Positions 40,313 to 49,546 of a stretch of 64,000 bases of DNA are shown here, one piece after another (the first letter of the stretch is position 1; each line of letters opens with the position of its first letter). The notes under the pieces are model-generated. The model was given only the letters and a program-made list of their open reading frames with translations, did no database searches and had not been told where the DNA came from. The position numbers and the translations under genes are program-made. The stretch is taken from the IMG/VR virus record IMGVR_UViG_3300024518_005299, positions 32,001 through 96,000 of that record, one strand, 5' to 3'. This DNA comes from a virus.

Positions 40313-41361
40313 ATAATCCCTTTTCACGTAATTTACCCAACCAAATTTCCGCTATTTGTGATGCTATTGATTCTAAACCTAGGATCACTCAGGTGATCCA
40401 GTGTGTGAACGAGGAACATTTGATTGAACCCTGCGTAATGCAGCTTTATGATAAGGTCGATAGAATTGTCATCGTGGAAGGCGCCGTTCAAAACAAAGTA
40501 GACGCGGGGCAAGCTACTGCTGACGGTCATTCTATAGATGATACTGTTAGTATCATCAAGCGGATTAAGGCTGATAAAGATCCAGACAAGAAGATCACGT
40601 TTGTACAAATCGATCGTCCTTGGGCTGACTTGGAAGAATTAAAGAATACGTTCTTTCAGTACATGCAAGATGGTGACTGGATGCTGATCACTGATGCTGA
40701 TGAATTCATTATGCCTGAAGTAGTTGATAAGTTGCGCGAAGCTATTACAGTAGAGCCTTGGGCTACCGAGTTTGTGCCTGCGGGTTTTTATCACTTCTGG
40801 CGTGACGCTAGTCATATACGCAAACCAAGCGGCGACTGGGGTCAGCAACATCAAAGATTTATCAAATTCCATCCGGGGATGCATTACCAAAATCACCCAG
40901 TTGCCAGAGACAAGGATGGAATTTGCACTTACTTTAGTCAAGAGTATAAGAATCGTCGATTTGTCTTGAAGGATTTTGTGGTGTATCATTATTCGTATTG
41001 TCGAAATGACGAAGCAGATATCCAAGCGAAGAAAGACTTTTATGACAAAGAGCTAGGTCAGGATAAGCATGGAGACGTGGGGGCTTATGCGCGTGGTGGA
41101 CAAACAGATGAGTATCTTGATAAAACAGAAGATCTAAATACAGTGCTTCTCTTTAGTGGAGATCATCCACCTATCATAGCAAAGCATTTAGCCTGGCAGG
41201 GGCAGGGCGTGGTGTTGTCAGATGCGCATTTACAAGATAAAACATTCGAGGATTATAAGAGCGCTGAGCCCTACAACTTAGAAAACGTCCCAGTGTGTTG
41301 GATTTATGATCTAGAAGGCAAGCAGGGATATGTTAACTTTTTCAATACCGTGGATGTATAA
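40297..41361 (+). CDS. GT-A (GT2-like) glycosyltransferase
   Basis: [33 protein letters not shown] (DxD), VVYHYSY. Confidence 0.7.
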   Translation: MEQKIDNPFSRNLPNQISAICDAIDSKPRITQVIQCVNEEHLIEPCVMQLYDKVDRIVIVEGAVQNKVDAGQATADGHSIDDTVSIIKRIKADKDPDKKITFVQIDRPWADLEELKNTFFQYMQDGDWMLITDADEFIMPEVVDKLREAITVEPWATEFVPAGFYHFWRDASHIRKPSGDWGQQHQRFIKFHPGMHYQNHPVARDKDGICTYFSQEYKNRRFVLKDFVVYHYSYCRNDEADIQAKKDFYDKELGQDKHGDVGAYARGGQTDEYLDKTEDLNTVLLFSGDHPPIIAKHLAWQGQGVVLSDAHLQDKTFEDYKSAEPYNLENVPVCWIYDLEGKQGYVNFFNTVDV

Positions 41362-41597
41362 TGACTGTTAAACTTCCAGAGAAACCAAGGCGTCATCGTT
41401 GGGTGACTGAAGCCATCAATGCGGGCGATCCTACTTTATCAGTCTGGCCATCTCCAGACGACCTCAAGAACGAAAAGAGGCGCGGTCGCTTCTTAGAGAT
41501 TATTGCCAAGGTTGGTAGCGATCCACGTGTGATGCGGGTCGAGAAATTCCCACATGATATTCATAGCGTGGTGTTTTTGTTTCATCTACAAGACTGA
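41361..41597 (+). CDS. Hypothetical protein, 78 aa
   Basis: TAATG overlap. Confidence 0.5.
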   Translation: MTVKLPEKPRRHRWVTEAINAGDPTLSVWPSPDDLKNEKRRGRFLEIIAKVGSDPRVMRVEKFPHDIHSVVFLFHLQD

Positions 41598-42400
41598 TGG
41601 TTAATATCTCTCATATCACTAGTTGTTTTAATAGTGAGCAGTTTCTAGATGGATTAATTGGTAATCTCCTACAACAGAGTGATGAAGACTTTGAGCATAT
41701 CATTGTAGATAGTGCATCCACTGATAGTAGTGTTGAGATCATCAAACGCTGGCAGCAACTAGATCCGCGAATTAAGCTTATAGAACAGCCCACGCGCACA
41801 AATTATGGCACCTCGTGGATGATAGGATGGCAGCAGGCTCAGGGTAAAATTGTTTGCAACTCTAACTCTGACGATAGGTCGTATCCTTGGCGCGGCACTC
41901 AAGTTATTAAAGCTGCACTAGATGCAAGTATTCAATCAGATACTAATAAGCGTTTTTATTACGGTGGTTATGAAACACGGGTTGATGGCGTAACCACAGC
42001 CAAGGGTTATCCGCCGCCGTATACAGAGCACGACCTACAGCAATTCTTTCGCTGTGGCGTGCATGTACATTGGGATAATGCGCTGCGCAATGTTGTGGAT
42101 TGGCCAACTGTGTTTCGCGCAGGCGCTGAGTATAGATCGGCCTTTGATTACTGGCTCGTACTATACTTTACTTCTCTAGGTGCAATAGGTGTCTCTATCC
42201 CCAACTGTTTTAGTATATACAACCAGAGAAAGGACTCGTTAGAACAGTCAGATAAGGAGAGAAGCAGCTTTGAAGCATTGCGCGCTATCTCTACTTTCTA
42301 TCCTAGTGGCCTCTCAATGCGTGACTTTGAGACTAAAACCAAAGTGGAGTCTCCTGAGTATTATAAAAAATATCAGGATTTTCTATCCGAATTCGTTTAA
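41597..42400 (+). CDS. GT2 glycosyltransferase
   Basis: ISHITSCFNSEQFLDGLIGNLLQQSDEDFEHIIVDSASTDSS, NSNSDD, FDYWL. Confidence 0.85.
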   Translation: MVNISHITSCFNSEQFLDGLIGNLLQQSDEDFEHIIVDSASTDSSVEIIKRWQQLDPRIKLIEQPTRTNYGTSWMIGWQQAQGKIVCNSNSDDRSYPWRGTQVIKAALDASIQSDTNKRFYYGGYETRVDGVTTAKGYPPPYTEHDLQQFFRCGVHVHWDNALRNVVDWPTVFRAGAEYRSAFDYWLVLYFTSLGAIGVSIPNCFSIYNQRKDSLEQSDKERSSFEALRAISTFYPSGLSMRDFETKTKVESPEYYKKYQDFLSEFV

Positions 42401-42414
42401 TCGACGCATAATAG
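42384..42414 (+). promoter_or_regulatory. Phage promoter motif copy 4 (tatcCGA-attcgtttaatcga-CGCATAATAG)
   Basis: Same spacing as the other copies. Spacer begins ATTCGTT as in copy 5. ATG 42419 lies 6 nt after CATAAT. Confidence 0.65.
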
Positions 42415-42418
42415 AGGT

Positions 42419-42640
42419 ATGACGAGACTTATCAGTGTCTGCATAGTCCTATTTGAGGTTTTGCTCTTAGCACTAGGTGTTGTCGCGCTTTGCTATCCGT
42501 TTACGTTATTACCACATCCAAGCAACGGACCACGGACACCTGAGCAATTGGAAGCTTTTAAGGAGCACGTAGTCCTATTACCTGCGGGGGTTATTTTAAT
42601 AGCCTTGGCAATTCAAAGGTATTTTAGATCTCATGAATGA
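42419..42640 (+). CDS. Small membrane protein with two hydrophobic segments
   Basis: LISVCIVLFEVLLLALGVVALCYPF and VVLLPAGVILIALAI. Confidence 0.6.
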   Translation: MTRLISVCIVLFEVLLLALGVVALCYPFTLLPHPSNGPRTPEQLEAFKEHVVLLPAGVILIALAIQRYFRSHE

Positions 42641-43472
42641 TATAACAACTAAAGACAAAACGATTGTCGTCAGCAACATTCCTTTAATGAAATGTATCGA
42701 CGGTTTTCAAAAATGGGAATGGGTAAATGATAAGCAGAAAGAGTTTCTACTAGAGTATGCTAGGAAGCGCCATCTGCTATCTGACTTTTCTGATGAAGAA
42801 CTATTCGGACTCACTGCGTACTCAGCAGCCGAAGTTAATGCTTTCCTTGCCGAGCATGGTTTTGATATCGTCCTTCAGGATCATTCACACGTTCTTGCGA
42901 ATGAGCCCCCTGGTTCGATAGTGATATACATAGCATCTATTCTAAAGCTTGTCTTTGAATGGGACGGCATAGAAATCACCATTAAAGACAAATACCAAGG
43001 AACCTATCTATCAAAAAACCTTAGCTTTTTCGTTTCCTCAAAACATGATCAGCCTATCGTGCAGATTAAGTCTGGAGGAGATGACATCTATATAACCAAG
43101 GCCGAGCCCTCACTACTCTCTGAGCTAGATGATCTCCCATTACATGTTTGTGATGTATTCGATCGTGTAGAGTTTCCGTCCATTGAGTATGATAAAGTTA
43201 TAGATGTTTCGTGGATGGTTGATATGAATTCACCTCATGATATGGTGAGAGTTCTTGAGGCTGTGCAACAAGATAAATTCAGCATGAATCATAAAGGTGT
43301 GAAGATAGAGTCAGCCGCTGCTGTAGCCATACTTGCTAGTGGATGCGCCACCCCCTTTTTCAAACCTGTTGTTCTCACTATTGATGAACCGTTTGTATTT
43401 TGGGCGCGGCGTAATGGAGAGACATATTTTAAAGCTTATTTTGCGCAGGACTCATGGGTAAAAATAGCATGA
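42633..43472 (+). CDS. Serpin-like protein (N-terminally shortened)
   Basis: Ordered serpin-like segments: AEVNAFL (hF), IYIASILKLVFEW (s3A), EAVQQDKFSMNHKG (s5A), VKIESAAAVAIL (hinge/RCL), LTIDEPFVFW (s1C/s4B), TYFKAYF (s5B). Confidence 0.6.
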   Translation: MNDITTKDKTIVVSNIPLMKCIDGFQKWEWVNDKQKEFLLEYARKRHLLSDFSDEELFGLTAYSAAEVNAFLAEHGFDIVLQDHSHVLANEPPGSIVIYIASILKLVFEWDGIEITIKDKYQGTYLSKNLSFFVSSKHDQPIVQIKSGGDDIYITKAEPSLLSELDDLPLHVCDVFDRVEFPSIEYDKVIDVSWMVDMNSPHDMVRVLEAVQQDKFSMNHKGVKIESAAAVAILASGCATPFFKPVVLTIDEPFVFWARRNGETYFKAYFAQDSWVKIA

Positions 43473-44293
43473 AGCATGGTGTTTATCAAATACGGAATAC
43501 TCAAAATGGCAAGATTTATATAGGTAGCTCTATAGACATTGTTGCCAGGTGGCGAGGACATAAAGGTGATATAAAATATCATAGGCATCATTCTAGTAGA
43601 TTGCAATATGCATGGTATAAAGATGGAGCTAATGTGTTTGTTTTTGAAATTTTAGAAGAATGTAATTTAAATGAATTAGAACAACGTGAACAGTATTATT
43701 TGGACACTATGCTATTTGCTAGTTGTAATGATAACAGATTTTATCGTTTGGGATATAACAATTCTAGAGATGCTAGTCAAAAAACAGTAACAAATAAAAC
43801 TAGGATGAAGATGTCACGGGCGGCTAAGTTAAAAGCAAAACCATCACACATCACTCGACAACGAATGTCCGAAGCACAACAAGGCAAGCGATTGGGGGAA
43901 TTATCACCAGGAGCCAAGTCATCTACTCAAGATGTTAAGCAAATGTTGCTTATGGCTATCAATGGATGTTCTGATAGTGAGATTGCTCAAAAATTTGGTA
44001 GAACTATTAAGTCTGTAAATAACATTATTAATGGTAGGACCTGGCCTCATATTAAATTAGACGGTAAAGATCAAGGGAAACTAAAAATCATGAGATCTTT
44101 AAATAGAAATAAATTGAACGCTCGTAAAAGCGGAGAACTAAATGGTAGGAGTAAATTGACGCGACATATAGTTTGGGATATTAAAGATCAAATTGCATTA
44201 GGGTTTTCAAATGTTGAGATTGCCAAACGTTATGATGTTTCTCCAAGTACTATTAGCGGTATTAAAAGGGGCAAGACATGGAAAGACGTGTAA
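43469..44293 (+). mobile_element. Free-standing GIY-YIG homing endonuclease with two C-terminal HTH units
   Basis: GVYQIRNTQNGKIYIGS, LFASCNDNRFYRLGYN, NIINGRTWPHI and GIKRGKTWKDV. ATGA overlap. Confidence 0.9.
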
Positions 44294-44970
44294 TTTCTTT
44301 TTCTCTTTGGGGAGATAATCCCAAGTATGTCATAGGTGCAATTCGTAATGCTGAATTAGCTAAACAAATTTATCCAGGATGGATTTGTGTATTTTATATA
44401 GATTATAACACTGTACCAACTATTGAGCTTCAATTTCTTAATGCTAAAACTAATACTGAGATATTAACGATGCCTAAAGAAATGAATGGCTGGAAGGGCA
44501 TGTTCGCGAGATTTTTACAAATTAATAATGAAAAAAATCAATGTACGATTATTCGCGACTGCGACTCACGCCTAAGTGAAAGAGAGGCTGCCGCTGTCAA
44601 AGAGTGGCTAGATGGACCTTCTTTGGTCCACTCAATGGGTGATCACCCATATCATTTTAATCCTTCTCAAGCTCTAATGGGAGGCATGTTTGGTATGAAA
44701 AAACATGCTTGTCCTGAGATGAAAACTTTAATTGATCAGTTTGTAAATCAATATCCAGATGCCTGGCAGTGTGATCAAGACTTTCTTAAAGATAATATCT
44801 GGCCTTTAGTGAATCATAAAGTATTAGCCTGTAGTGACATTCATCCTAATTGCAAACCATTTCCTACACCACGTATCAATGACGATTTTGTAGGTGCGAT
44901 TATTGGTCCAAACGAAGAGAGGCTGCATCCAGAACATCATATTGCGTTTCAAAGAATTGTGGAAAATTAA
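44278..44970 (+). CDS. Putative glycosyltransferase-like protein
   Basis: VISFSLWGDNPKY, MFARFL, IIRDCDSRL (DxD), LMGGMFG, DQDFL (GT-A-like signatures). Glycan-cluster context. Confidence 0.5.
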   Translation: MERRVISFSLWGDNPKYVIGAIRNAELAKQIYPGWICVFYIDYNTVPTIELQFLNAKTNTEILTMPKEMNGWKGMFARFLQINNEKNQCTIIRDCDSRLSEREAAAVKEWLDGPSLVHSMGDHPYHFNPSQALMGGMFGMKKHACPEMKTLIDQFVNQYPDAWQCDQDFLKDNIWPLVNHKVLACSDIHPNCKPFPTPRINDDFVGAIIGPNEERLHPEHHIAFQRIVEN

Positions 44971-45443
44971 TGCCAAATAATACAATCAAAATTAATCAAC
45001 AGATAATTCCAGTACCCTGGTCTGATATTGAAGTTTATTCTCTAAAGATTGCTAGATGGATTGAAAGAACATTTGGTGATGCTGACGATAAGGATTGTCC
45101 GCTACGTAATTTGGATGTTAAAATTTATGGCATTCCTCGTGGTGGGATGATTCCAGCCATTCTGGTTTCCCACATATTAGAAACAAAGTATAAATTTAAT
45201 GTAAGATTTATACCATCATTAGATCATCTAACTCCAAAAGACATGCATCGTCTAGTTGTTATTGATGACATATGTGATTCGGGAGAAACCTTTAAAATAG
45301 TCAAGCAATTATTTCCCATGGCGAAAACAGCAGTTCTCTTCCGCCGCGAAGGCGCGGGGTTTCAAACCGATTTTCATTGTCACACGATTGTAGATGACCG
45401 ATGGTTAGTGTTTCCTTGGGAGGTTAATGATGGCGAGGTTTAG
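44970..45443 (+). CDS. Purine phosphoribosyltransferase (Gpt/Hpt-like type I PRTase)
   Basis: YGIPRGGMIPA, PRPP loop VVIDDICDSGETF, C-terminal WLVFPWE. Confidence 0.85.
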   Translation: MPNNTIKINQQIIPVPWSDIEVYSLKIARWIERTFGDADDKDCPLRNLDVKIYGIPRGGMIPAILVSHILETKYKFNVRFIPSLDHLTPKDMHRLVVIDDICDSGETFKIVKQLFPMAKTAVLFRREGAGFQTDFHCHTIVDDRWLVFPWEVNDGEV

Positions 45444-46455
45444 AGACAAACCAGCTTATAGTTTTGATGATGTCCTTCTCGTGCCTCAGTATTCACAAAT
45501 TACATCTAGAAGTGATGTAGATATCAGCACTAAGCTTGGTAAGTTGGAGTTGAAATTACCGTTGCTTTCCTCAAATATGGACACCGTTACTGAAGGAAAA
45601 ATGGCCATTGCTATGGCGCTGGCTGGTGGTGCTGGGGTGTTGCATAGATTTGCTGATCTAGAAGACCAAATGCAGTGGGCTAATGATTGTAGTCACACTA
45701 TGCATAGCGTCCCAATCATTATATCAGTAGGTATTACTGGCGAGCATCACAGCTTTATAAAAGAGATCGCGCCTGATATGATTTGTGTAGACGTGGCGCA
45801 CGGTGATCATCTACGAGTCATGAATCTTATCACAGGGCTTCGTGAAGATTATCCCGATATGGATATTATTGCTGGTAACGTAGCTACGGGTCAAGGCGCG
45901 AGGCGCTTAGTGGAAGCTGGTGCAAATATTATTAAAGTTGGAATTGGTCCAGGTTCTGTTTGTTCAACTAGAGTTGTAAGCGGACATGGATTTCCACAAC
46001 TTAGCGCCATCATTGAGATCAGAAAAGCGTTAGGACCCGCGCCGTGGTCTATTATTGCCGACGGCGGTATTCGTTATCCAGGTGATATTGTTAAAGCCCT
46101 GGCGGCTGGAGCAGATGCAGTAATGCTGGGCTCTCTTCTAGCTGGAACTGATGAAGCAGCAGGGGAGAGAATTGTTGAACATGGGCAAGCCTATAAAACC
46201 TTCCGGGGGATGGCGTCACGGGAAGCGCAAAAACAAAGAGGCGGCAAAACGCCACGCGTCGAAGGAGTATCTGCAAAAGTCCCTTACCGTGGTCCTGTCA
46301 GTGACACTCTTGCTAATCTTGAGGCTGGCATTAGGAGCGGCCTTTCTTATTCTGGTTGTCGCACTATTGTGGAATTGCGTGGAAAAGCTGAGTTCGTAGT
46401 TGTTACTGGTAATACTTTGAGGGAATCACACCCTTATCATCCTTACAGGCTTTAG
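45427..46455 (+). CDS. IMPDH/GMP reductase family protein without CBS domains (GMP reductase more likely)
   Basis: SFDDVLLVPQ, PLLSSNMDTVT, VDVAHG, KVGIGPGSVCSTR, IIADGGI, AVMLGSLLAG, FRGMAS..EG. Flap lacks the IMPDH Arg-Tyr dyad. Confidence 0.85.
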   Translation: MMARFRDKPAYSFDDVLLVPQYSQITSRSDVDISTKLGKLELKLPLLSSNMDTVTEGKMAIAMALAGGAGVLHRFADLEDQMQWANDCSHTMHSVPIIISVGITGEHHSFIKEIAPDMICVDVAHGDHLRVMNLITGLREDYPDMDIIAGNVATGQGARRLVEAGANIIKVGIGPGSVCSTRVVSGHGFPQLSAIIEIRKALGPAPWSIIADGGIRYPGDIVKALAAGADAVMLGSLLAGTDEAAGERIVEHGQAYKTFRGMASREAQKQRGGKTPRVEGVSAKVPYRGPVSDTLANLEAGIRSGLSYSGCRTIVELRGKAEFVVVTGNTLRESHPYHPYRL

Positions 46456-46458
46456 ATT

Positions 46459-47043
46459 ATGATACAAAATTATAGAGTAAATTTCGGCGGCGAAGATATT
46501 GATTATCAAAGTAATTTCAAAGATTGCCGACGGTATTTTCCAGTTCTAGAGAAGTTGTATGATCGTATGAATCATTGGGCAATCCCAGATTGTTGGCATT
46601 TCTTTGAGCCCTATGTAGAATTTACGTGGGTTCTTCGTGATAATGACCCATCGGGCGAGGACATTCTATATGATGTTCTAGACATATTGACTAAAGAGAA
46701 TATCGAACCAACTTTGATTCATAAACCTAAAGATGGCGTGATAGTTGATTGGTACTGTAAGAGTCCAGAGGAACAAGAGTTCGGTTATAAAACTTATGCC
46801 CTAAGTGCCAAAATGGCAATGTTATTTTGGAAACATCAAGAGGCGATTGCTAAGGGATGTGGCGAGAAGAACCAATATATGAGGCGACCACACGTGCTCG
46901 CCAACCAGATTGGGATGAATTATGATGAGGAGTGCGCGGCGCTTTACCTCCGTAGCAAGCTGGCTGGTTTATTCTGGGAGCTAGGTGATCACGCCCAGGC
47001 TGTCGAACAATATGAAACATTAACTGGAGAGACATACTTATGA
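46459..47043 (+). CDS. Hypothetical protein, 194 aa
   Basis: Clean coupled ORF. Confidence 0.55.
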   Translation: MIQNYRVNFGGEDIDYQSNFKDCRRYFPVLEKLYDRMNHWAIPDCWHFFEPYVEFTWVLRDNDPSGEDILYDVLDILTKENIEPTLIHKPKDGVIVDWYCKSPEEQEFGYKTYALSAKMAMLFWKHQEAIAKGCGEKNQYMRRPHVLANQIGMNYDEECAALYLRSKLAGLFWELGDHAQAVEQYETLTGETYL

Positions 47044-47570
47044 GTGATATGATAAAAGTTGGAGATAAAGCAATTTATACACGTACTGGTGAAGTAGTAG
47101 AAATCACTAAAGTGGGCGCGGTTACTTATGGCGTCCTTGGTAAGGATAAGCACTTTGGATCTACAGTGCCGTGTGAGGATATCCAACCCCTTGGTCGAAT
47201 TAAGCAAAAACTATTTGAATATGTTGAGGAATCTGATATGGACTGTCTGAGTTTTAGTGAGTTAAGGGCAGCCAGTGAAGCTCGTAATAACGAGAATGCT
47301 GGTGGTGAAAGTGATTGGACTTTGGCTGACTGGGGTAATGCTCTAGCTGGTGAAACTGGTGAGCTATGTAACTTCATCAAAAAGTCTAGGCGTAATCTTC
47401 CAGGCGATCCTTCGTTAGATGACTTAAGACAGGATATGGCCAATGAATTGGCAGATATTGTGACCTATGCTGATCTAATTGCAAATAAGCTTGGTGTTGA
47501 TTTAGGAAAAGCAATCAGAGATAAGTTTAACGTCGTGTCAGCCAGACGAAATAGTCCAATCACATTATGA
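47040..47570 (+). CDS. MazG-like NTP pyrophosphohydrolase with N-terminal SH3-like extension
   Basis: NALAGETGELCNFIKK..MANELADIVTYADLIANKLGVDL..AIRDKF. Confidence 0.8.
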   Translation: MSDMIKVGDKAIYTRTGEVVEITKVGAVTYGVLGKDKHFGSTVPCEDIQPLGRIKQKLFEYVEESDMDCLSFSELRAASEARNNENAGGESDWTLADWGNALAGETGELCNFIKKSRRNLPGDPSLDDLRQDMANELADIVTYADLIANKLGVDLGKAIRDKFNVVSARRNSPITL

Positions 47571-48091
47571 TTATTACCGGAATAGGATCTAGACAATGCC
47601 CCCAAGAGTTCTGTGAGCTATTTACAGAATTAGGAAAAGAAGCGAGAGAGCGTAAGTGGTGGCTAAGATCGGGACATGCTTCAGGGGCTGATTATGCCTT
47701 TGAAATTGGCGCTGGACATCGTTGTATTGTTTATCTTCCATGGAGTGGTTTCAACAAAGAAAAATCAATGCTTGGCAACGCTATAGCACATCCACTCAGA
47801 GATGAAGTGTTAGAGGTGGTTTATAAATATGAACCATATGCCAAAAATCTTAAAGATTCTATCAAATTTATTAAGTCGCGCAATGTCTATCAGGTTCTAG
47901 GTGCAGATTTAAAAAGCCCCTCAGATGTAGTTGTATGCTGGACAGAAGAAGGTAAGATTGAGGGTGGTACAGGACTAGCTATAAAGATTGCCATGGATCA
48001 TAATATTCCGATTGTAAATGTTGGCGACCATGAAACTAAAAAGAATTTCAATAGTATTATACAAAGGATAGCAGGAGAAATAGAGGTATGA
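47567..48091 (+). CDS. DprA/SLOG-superfamily protein
   Basis: ITGIGSR, LRSGHASGADYAFE, YLPW, RNVYQVLG, VVCWT..GGTGLAIKIA..IPIVN. Confidence 0.7.
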   Translation: MIITGIGSRQCPQEFCELFTELGKEARERKWWLRSGHASGADYAFEIGAGHRCIVYLPWSGFNKEKSMLGNAIAHPLRDEVLEVVYKYEPYAKNLKDSIKFIKSRNVYQVLGADLKSPSDVVVCWTEEGKIEGGTGLAIKIAMDHNIPIVNVGDHETKKNFNSIIQRIAGEIEV

Positions 48092-48360
48092 CAACCAGAG
48101 AAGAAGTATATGCGGCGATTGATGGTGAGCGTGAATACCAGTGTAAGTGGGAAACTAGTGACTCTAAGGGGTTGCATGAGGTAGGTGCGTTTATTCTTTT
48201 TATGGAGGATTATCTACATGAAGCTCGACACCAATTGTCTCGTGCTGCTGACCCCGAGGCGTCTCAAGCGGCATTGAGCACACCCCGCAAGGTGATTGCT
48301 TTAGACGTGGCATGTATGGAACAACACGGAGCGCCAGAACGCGAGGGGTTTGAGTCATAA
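48088..48360 (+). CDS. Hypothetical all-alpha protein, 90 aa
   Basis: Coupled ORF containing AIDGEREYQ..W and RKVIALDVACMEQHG. Resembles small NTP-pyrophosphatase-like phage proteins (weak). Confidence 0.5.
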   Translation: MTTREEVYAAIDGEREYQCKWETSDSKGLHEVGAFILFMEDYLHEARHQLSRAADPEASQAALSTPRKVIALDVACMEQHGAPEREGFES

Positions 48361-49295
48361 TGAAAGTTTTAGTGACTGGTCGCGCTATTCTTACACAACC
48401 TGATCGTTGTACTGGACAGCAACTTTGTGAAGGATTTCGTCAGGCTGGTCATGACTGTACTTTTTACGGAAATTTTTATAGCGAGCCTTATCGTTGGTTA
48501 GGCGCGGAAGAAGCAACTACTAGTCAATTTGATCTAATTGTTATTACTGAGATGAACGATGGATACCCTCAGTATGAATTAAACTCATTGAATCTAAAAG
48601 GAACGCCTCGGCTATTCTGGGATTTTGATGTTAGCTATCATCCTGATCTTTCTTATGGTCGCGCCAAGTCTTACAATGCTGATGCTTATCTAGTAGGTAA
48701 TAGATATTTCTGTGGACCTGATGGGTTCGGACGATTTGGTAAGCCGGTTTTACATTTACCTTATGCATGTTCTCCGCAGATTCACAGGCAGCTAGAAGGC
48801 GAGAAGAAGGCGTACTATCTTGGATTTATTGGATCGATGACCGAGGAGCGCAAGCGACTCATTACATTAGCAAAGTCTGTTGCGGCAAGGCCAGGCTTTA
48901 TTCATAGTGCCGACGGCGTATTTGGTGATGACTTGATTCGTCAAACTAATCAATACCACGTTATGTTTCATAATAATCAAGACGCTTGTAAGGGTTTAGT
49001 GCCTGGGCGTCCTTGGGAAACAACAGGGTGCGGCACTACCCTACTTATGGATTATACCAGCTATATGGACTTTGTTGAATTTTTACCAATCGAGCTTCAT
49101 GATAGTATTTTTATGTATAAGGATGACTATGACATTCGTAAATGGCTAAGCCTTTTTGCTACTTGGAATAATAAAGAAGAGGAGTTGTTAGCTGCTGGCA
49201 AGCGACTAATGCATTACGTGCACGCAAATCATACTTATAAACATAGGGCAGAGAGTATTATTCAGTGGACTAAAGAACAGGGAATAACGACATGA
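48360..49295 (+). CDS. GT-B glycosyltransferase (CgeB/Glyco_trans_1_2-like)
   Basis: LFWDFD, LHLPYACSP, LGFIGS..ERKRL, VFGDDL, RPWETTGCGTTLL, HTYKHRAE. Confidence 0.7.
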   Translation: MKVLVTGRAILTQPDRCTGQQLCEGFRQAGHDCTFYGNFYSEPYRWLGAEEATTSQFDLIVITEMNDGYPQYELNSLNLKGTPRLFWDFDVSYHPDLSYGRAKSYNADAYLVGNRYFCGPDGFGRFGKPVLHLPYACSPQIHRQLEGEKKAYYLGFIGSMTEERKRLITLAKSVAARPGFIHSADGVFGDDLIRQTNQYHVMFHNNQDACKGLVPGRPWETTGCGTTLLMDYTSYMDFVEFLPIELHDSIFMYKDDYDIRKWLSLFATWNNKEEELLAAGKRLMHYVHANHTYKHRAESIIQWTKEQGITT

Positions 49296-49546
49296 TAGAC
49301 AAATACGAACAAGCACTACAAGAAATGGAAGAGGACGACCCTCCTATCGATCCGCTTTATGGTATTCTATTTCTAGATGATTTGGGGGAGGTTCGCAAGA
49401 TAGTGATGCATGATCGTCGAGACTTCCTTAATGTCTTTCGTTTGTTTGATAGTTGGGAGCCTTGCGATGGTGCAGTGATGTGCTATTGGGAAAGAGAGTC
49501 TTTGCAGGATTGGGAAGAAGGCTTGGCAATAATGGAGGGGCGATGA
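49292..49546 (+). CDS. Hypothetical protein, 84 aa
   Basis: ATGA-coupled ORF. Confidence 0.5.
   Translation: MIDKYEQALQEMEEDDPPIDPLYGILFLDDLGEVRKIVMHDRRDFLNVFRLFDSWEPCDGAVMCYWERESLQDWEEGLAIMEGR

Noticed and set aside
44970-47570. Z-base or 7-deazaguanine DNA modification pathway
   Set aside because: No PurZ/PurA-like, QueC/D/E, FolE or DpdA motifs in the window. The PRTase, GMPR and MazG genes are explained by ordinary salvage.
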